IMG/VR virus record: IMGVR_UViG_3300034073_002585 | Coordinates: 1-64,000 of that record | Strand: one strand, 5' to 3' | DNA from: a virus | Length of the DNA stretch: 64,000 nucleotides | Part shown: positions 61,223-64,000 of the stretch, one piece after another | Numbering within the stretch: position 1 is the first letter of the stretch | How the letters are laid out: each line of letters starts with the position of its first letter | Notes under the pieces: model-generated | What the model saw: the letters and a program-made list of their open reading frames with translations, nothing else | Told to the model about the DNA's origin: nothing | The model's database searches: none | Position numbers and translations under genes: made by a program

Positions 61223-62284
61223 ATGTATCTAAGAACAGAGGTCGCAGAGGCGACAGCACCAACACTAGCCACACTTGATTTTGACAAGTTGGTTGAACAA
61301 CTAAGCACCAGCCACACAAGTTCGGCGTTCGGAGTTACGACTTCCGTTCTTGACGACTTGCTACCAACAGAGGGTCGAGCCATGCTACGAACCAGAGGCG
61401 GTAAGGCAACCACTAAACTAGAGAGTGGAGAATCTGCCGAGGCAGAGCCAGTTCGACTAGAGGAAACTATGGAAACCACAACAGCCCTAGAGGGTGAGGA
61501 ATCCTACGCACGACCTAATGGCGACCTTTACTATGGTCGCAAGTGGGGCGACAATACAGATGTAGAAGTTCTACGCAAAGCCAGAGAAGCAGGGCAGTAT
61601 GTAATGCTTTATGGAGTTCCAGGAACAGGTAAGACTGCTATGGTCGAGGCTTCATTCCCAGACGAACTTTACACACTTCTCGGTTCTGGCGATACAGAGG
61701 TTGCCGACCTAGTTGGTTCGTATGTTCAGACCCCAAGCGGAAGTTTCGAGTGGGTGGACGGAGTTTTGACAAAAGCGGCTTCCGAGGGCAAGGTTCTATT
61801 CATAGACGAGGTTGGACTGATTGACCCAAAGGTTATGGCAGTTGTCTATGGACTTATGGACGGAAGAAAAGAGTTGGTTATCACAGCCAACCCAGAGCGA
61901 GGTGTCGTCAAAGCGCAAGAGGGCTTTTATGTTGTTTCGGCAACTAACCCAAATGTCGCAGGTGTCCGATTGAGCGAAGCCCTACTATCCCGATTCACCA
62001 TTCAGGCAGAACTGACGACTGATTGGAACTTGGCACGCAAACTTGGCGTTCCACAGACAGCAGTTGTCGCCAGCCAGAATCTCGCAAAGAAAATGGAAAA
62101 TGGCGAAACTTCATGGTCGCCACAAATGCGAGAACTACTAGCGTTTCGTGACCTAGCCAAATTGTTTGGGACGAAGTGGGCAGTTCAAAACTTGCTTGCT
62201 TCCGCACCAGAGATTGACAGACCAGTCGCTTCTGATGTCTTTACCAGAGTATTCGGAGAGGCGATTCTGCCAGCCAAGATTTAG
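61223..62284 (+). CDS. MoxR/CobS-like AAA+ ATPase
   Basis: GVPGTGKT, DLVG, WVDG, LFIDE, ATNP, LSEALLSRF. Confidence 0.92.
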   Translation: MYLRTEVAEATAPTLATLDFDKLVEQLSTSHTSSAFGVTTSVLDDLLPTEGRAMLRTRGGKATTKLESGESAEAEPVRLEETMETTTALEGEESYARPNGDLYYGRKWGDNTDVEVLRKAREAGQYVMLYGVPGTGKTAMVEASFPDELYTLLGSGDTEVADLVGSYVQTPSGSFEWVDGVLTKAASEGKVLFIDEVGLIDPKVMAVVYGLMDGRKELVITANPERGVVKAQEGFYVVSATNPNVAGVRLSEALLSRFTIQAELTTDWNLARKLGVPQTAVVASQNLAKKMENGETSWSPQMRELLAFRDLAKLFGTKWAVQNLLASAPEIDRPVASDVFTRVFGEAILPAKI

Positions 62285-62409
62285 TGGTAGTTGTGTCCCA
62301 CTAAAAAGTGGGGAGTGTCAAAAAAGTTTTTTTGGAAATGGACTTGACACTCCCCCAAAATCATGGTTCAATTAGACATAACAAAAAATGCCAGATGAAA
62401 GGGAAGCAA

Positions 62410-64000
62410 ATGGCACACTACAAAGTAAAAGGGAAGTCAAGACTTACCAGTCGCACAGCGACAACCAACCCAGAGTGGTTGGCAGTATGTTCACAGATTG
62501 GTCGCCTAGTCAATGATTGGTCGTGGCGTTCAGACCTAGTTGTCTATGGTGGCGAAGATTCTGCCGAGGGTAGAGCAGTCGCCGCTTTTTATTCAGAGAT
62601 TGCCGAGATTGAGATAAACATTCCAAAGGCTTTCGGCGAAGCAACACCAGCAGATTTTGTTGGCGACATGACCCAGAGGGCAACTCACTACGAGTTCCCA
62701 ATGGTTACAGGAATCCTATTCCACGAAGCCCTACACGCACGCCACACGAATTGGGACATTCCAAGATTGCTAGAGGCACTTGACCCGACAGAGAGCCAAG
62801 CCTTTATGTTGCTAGAGGAATCCCGTATCGAAGCAAAGGGTGTCAAAGAGCGACCAGAGAATCGCCTATTCCTACGCACTTCTGCCCTAGACATGGCACT
62901 AGAGGAAGTTACCAGCCAGACCCTAGAGAACTTGGGTAGCGACCTATGGCAGACAGCACACCTAGCAGGGTTGGCTATCGCCAGAGTAGATTCTGGCGTG
63001 TTAGAGGTTGCCGACATTCAAGAGATTTACAACTCGGTGGTTTCGGTTATGGGCAAGGAATTGTTTGACGAACTACGCAAAGTTTGGATTGAGTTTCAGG
63101 CACTAGGCGTTCCACAGATTGAGCGAGCGATTGAGTTGGCTAAGAAGTGGGTTGAGTTGCTACGACAGGCAGACCCAGAGGGCGAGCCTAGTGGTGGTGG
63201 ACACGCTTTTGAGGAATCAGAGGAATCTGACGAGGGCGAGGGCGAGGGCGAATCTGGCGAGGGCAAGTCTGACACCATGAAGCAGATGATTGCCAAGTTG
63301 TCGGAATCTGCCTTGACCACAGAACTAAACGCCAATGATTCTCTCGCAGACCTAGAAACCAAAGAAAAGTGGGACGAGGAATCAAAGGCACGCCAGAGCC
63401 AAGCCAAGCAGACCAACCAGCGCAAGCAACAAGCCAAAGAGGTTTTTCACAAGCAACACAACCAAGAGGGCGGTAATGGTTCAGGTTCAAGAGTGGACAC
63501 TCGCAGACAGCCCACAGGCGCAGAGCGAGCCAGCGCAGTCCAGATTGCCAAGTCACTTGAAAAGGCAAAGTATCGTGAGCGTTCGGTTCACACACGCAAG
63601 ACCCAAGCCCCAATGGGCAAACTGATTATGCGAAACGCAATTCAGAACAAGGCTATGGAAGCACAAGGCAAGCGTGGCGACTTGCCAGCGTGGAAGTCCA
63701 AGACCCGAAAGCACACAGACGACCCAACGCTAAGGCTCGGTGTCATGGTGGACATTTCAGGTTCTATGGGTTCGGCTATGGAATCTATGGGACAGACAGC
63801 GTGGATTATGAGCGAGGCAGGTCGCAGGATTCAGGCAGAAACAGCCATGATTTATTACGGAAGCGGAATCTTCCCGACCTTGAAGCGTGGACAGCGTTTG
63901 AGCGAGGTGACTATCTATACCGCACCAGACGGAACAGAAAAGTTTGGCGAGGCGTTTGAAGCACTTGACGGAGAACTTGGACTGACTTTCGGTGACGGAG
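62410..64000 (+). CDS. CobT-like HExxH metallopeptidase-VWA protein; 3'-partial
   Basis: Not in the ORF track. ATG 62410; FHEALH, LEESRIE, acidic linker, MIDAS motif VDISGSM at about 63748 in the same frame. Confidence 0.88.
   Translation, partial: MAHYKVKGKSRLTSRTATTNPEWLAVCSQIGRLVNDWSWRSDLVVYGGEDSAEGRAVAAFYSEIAEIEINIPKAFGEATPADFVGDMTQRATHYEFPMVTGILFHEALHARHTNWDIPRLLEALDPTESQAFMLLEESRIEAKGVKERPENRLFLRTSALDMALEEVTSQTLENLGSDLWQTAHLAGLAIARVDSGVLEVADIQEIYNSVVSVMGKELFDELRKVWIEFQALGVPQIERAIELAKKWVELLRQADPEGEPSGGGHAFEESEESDEGEGEGESGEGKSDTMKQMIAKLSESALTTELNANDSLADLETKEKWDEESKARQSQAKQTNQRKQQAKEVFHKQHNQEGGNGSGSRVDTRRQPTGAERASAVQIAKSLEKAKYRERSVHTRKTQAPMGKLIMRNAIQNKAMEAQGKRGDLPAWKSKTRKHTDDPTLRLGVMVDISGSMGSAMESMGQTAWIMSEAGRRIQAETAMIYYGSGIFPTLKRGQRLSEVTIYTAPDGTEKFGEAFEALDGELGLTFGDG

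Noticed and set aside
62510-63959. Short track ORFs in this interval
   Set aside because: Shadows of the long plus-strand ORF from 62410 that runs off the window

Overview
The whole window reads as part of a large tailed phage of Actinomycetota, probably a freshwater Microbacteriaceae-type host. Support: nrdHIEF, WhiB, DUF3039, a tmRNA tagging ANSRSAFALAA and a short-arm tRNA-Leu(TAA), with no ordinary bacterial housekeeping context. Layout: (1) 1-6711, minus-strand fibre/virion-appendage genes, including an FN3 protein with a (PPYF)n tract cut by the window edge. (2) 6797-12537, class Ib RNR operon, WhiB and small genes. (3) 12538-34232, an auxiliary island: GPx, carbamoyltransferase, tRNA-fMet, tmRNA, S8 protease, two GT60-like GlcNAc transferases interleaved with prolyl-hydroxylase-like 2OG-Fe(II) oxygenases, GT8/GT-A/GT61-like transferases, FkbM-like methyltransferase, two SGNH-like proteins, a kinase plus nucleotidyltransferase, a serine recombinase and three more tRNAs. 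(4) 34219-41950, thyX and many small overlapping genes, including a mini-gene array joined by an identical 22-bp junction. (5) 41947-51517, M23 endolysin, secreted protease, macrodomain, nuclease and a large Pro/Thr-rich FN3 protein. (6) 51518-59298, an AT-rich gap, structured ncRNA candidates, a terminase-small-subunit-like gene, a Cys-less CHAP protein and TipAS. (7) 59300-64000, a palindrome-poor early-type region with repeated promoter/pseudoknot elements and a MoxR AAA+/VWA pair. Best candidates for new biology: a phage Skp1-like prolyl-hydroxylation/O-GlcNAc glycosylation pathway with Pro-rich virion substrates; the IKGEQK-junction cassette array; leaderless expression paired with an anti-Shine-Dalgarno sRNA; and a covarying pseudoknot-terminator RNA motif. 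All calls come from motif recognition by eye; no searches were run.
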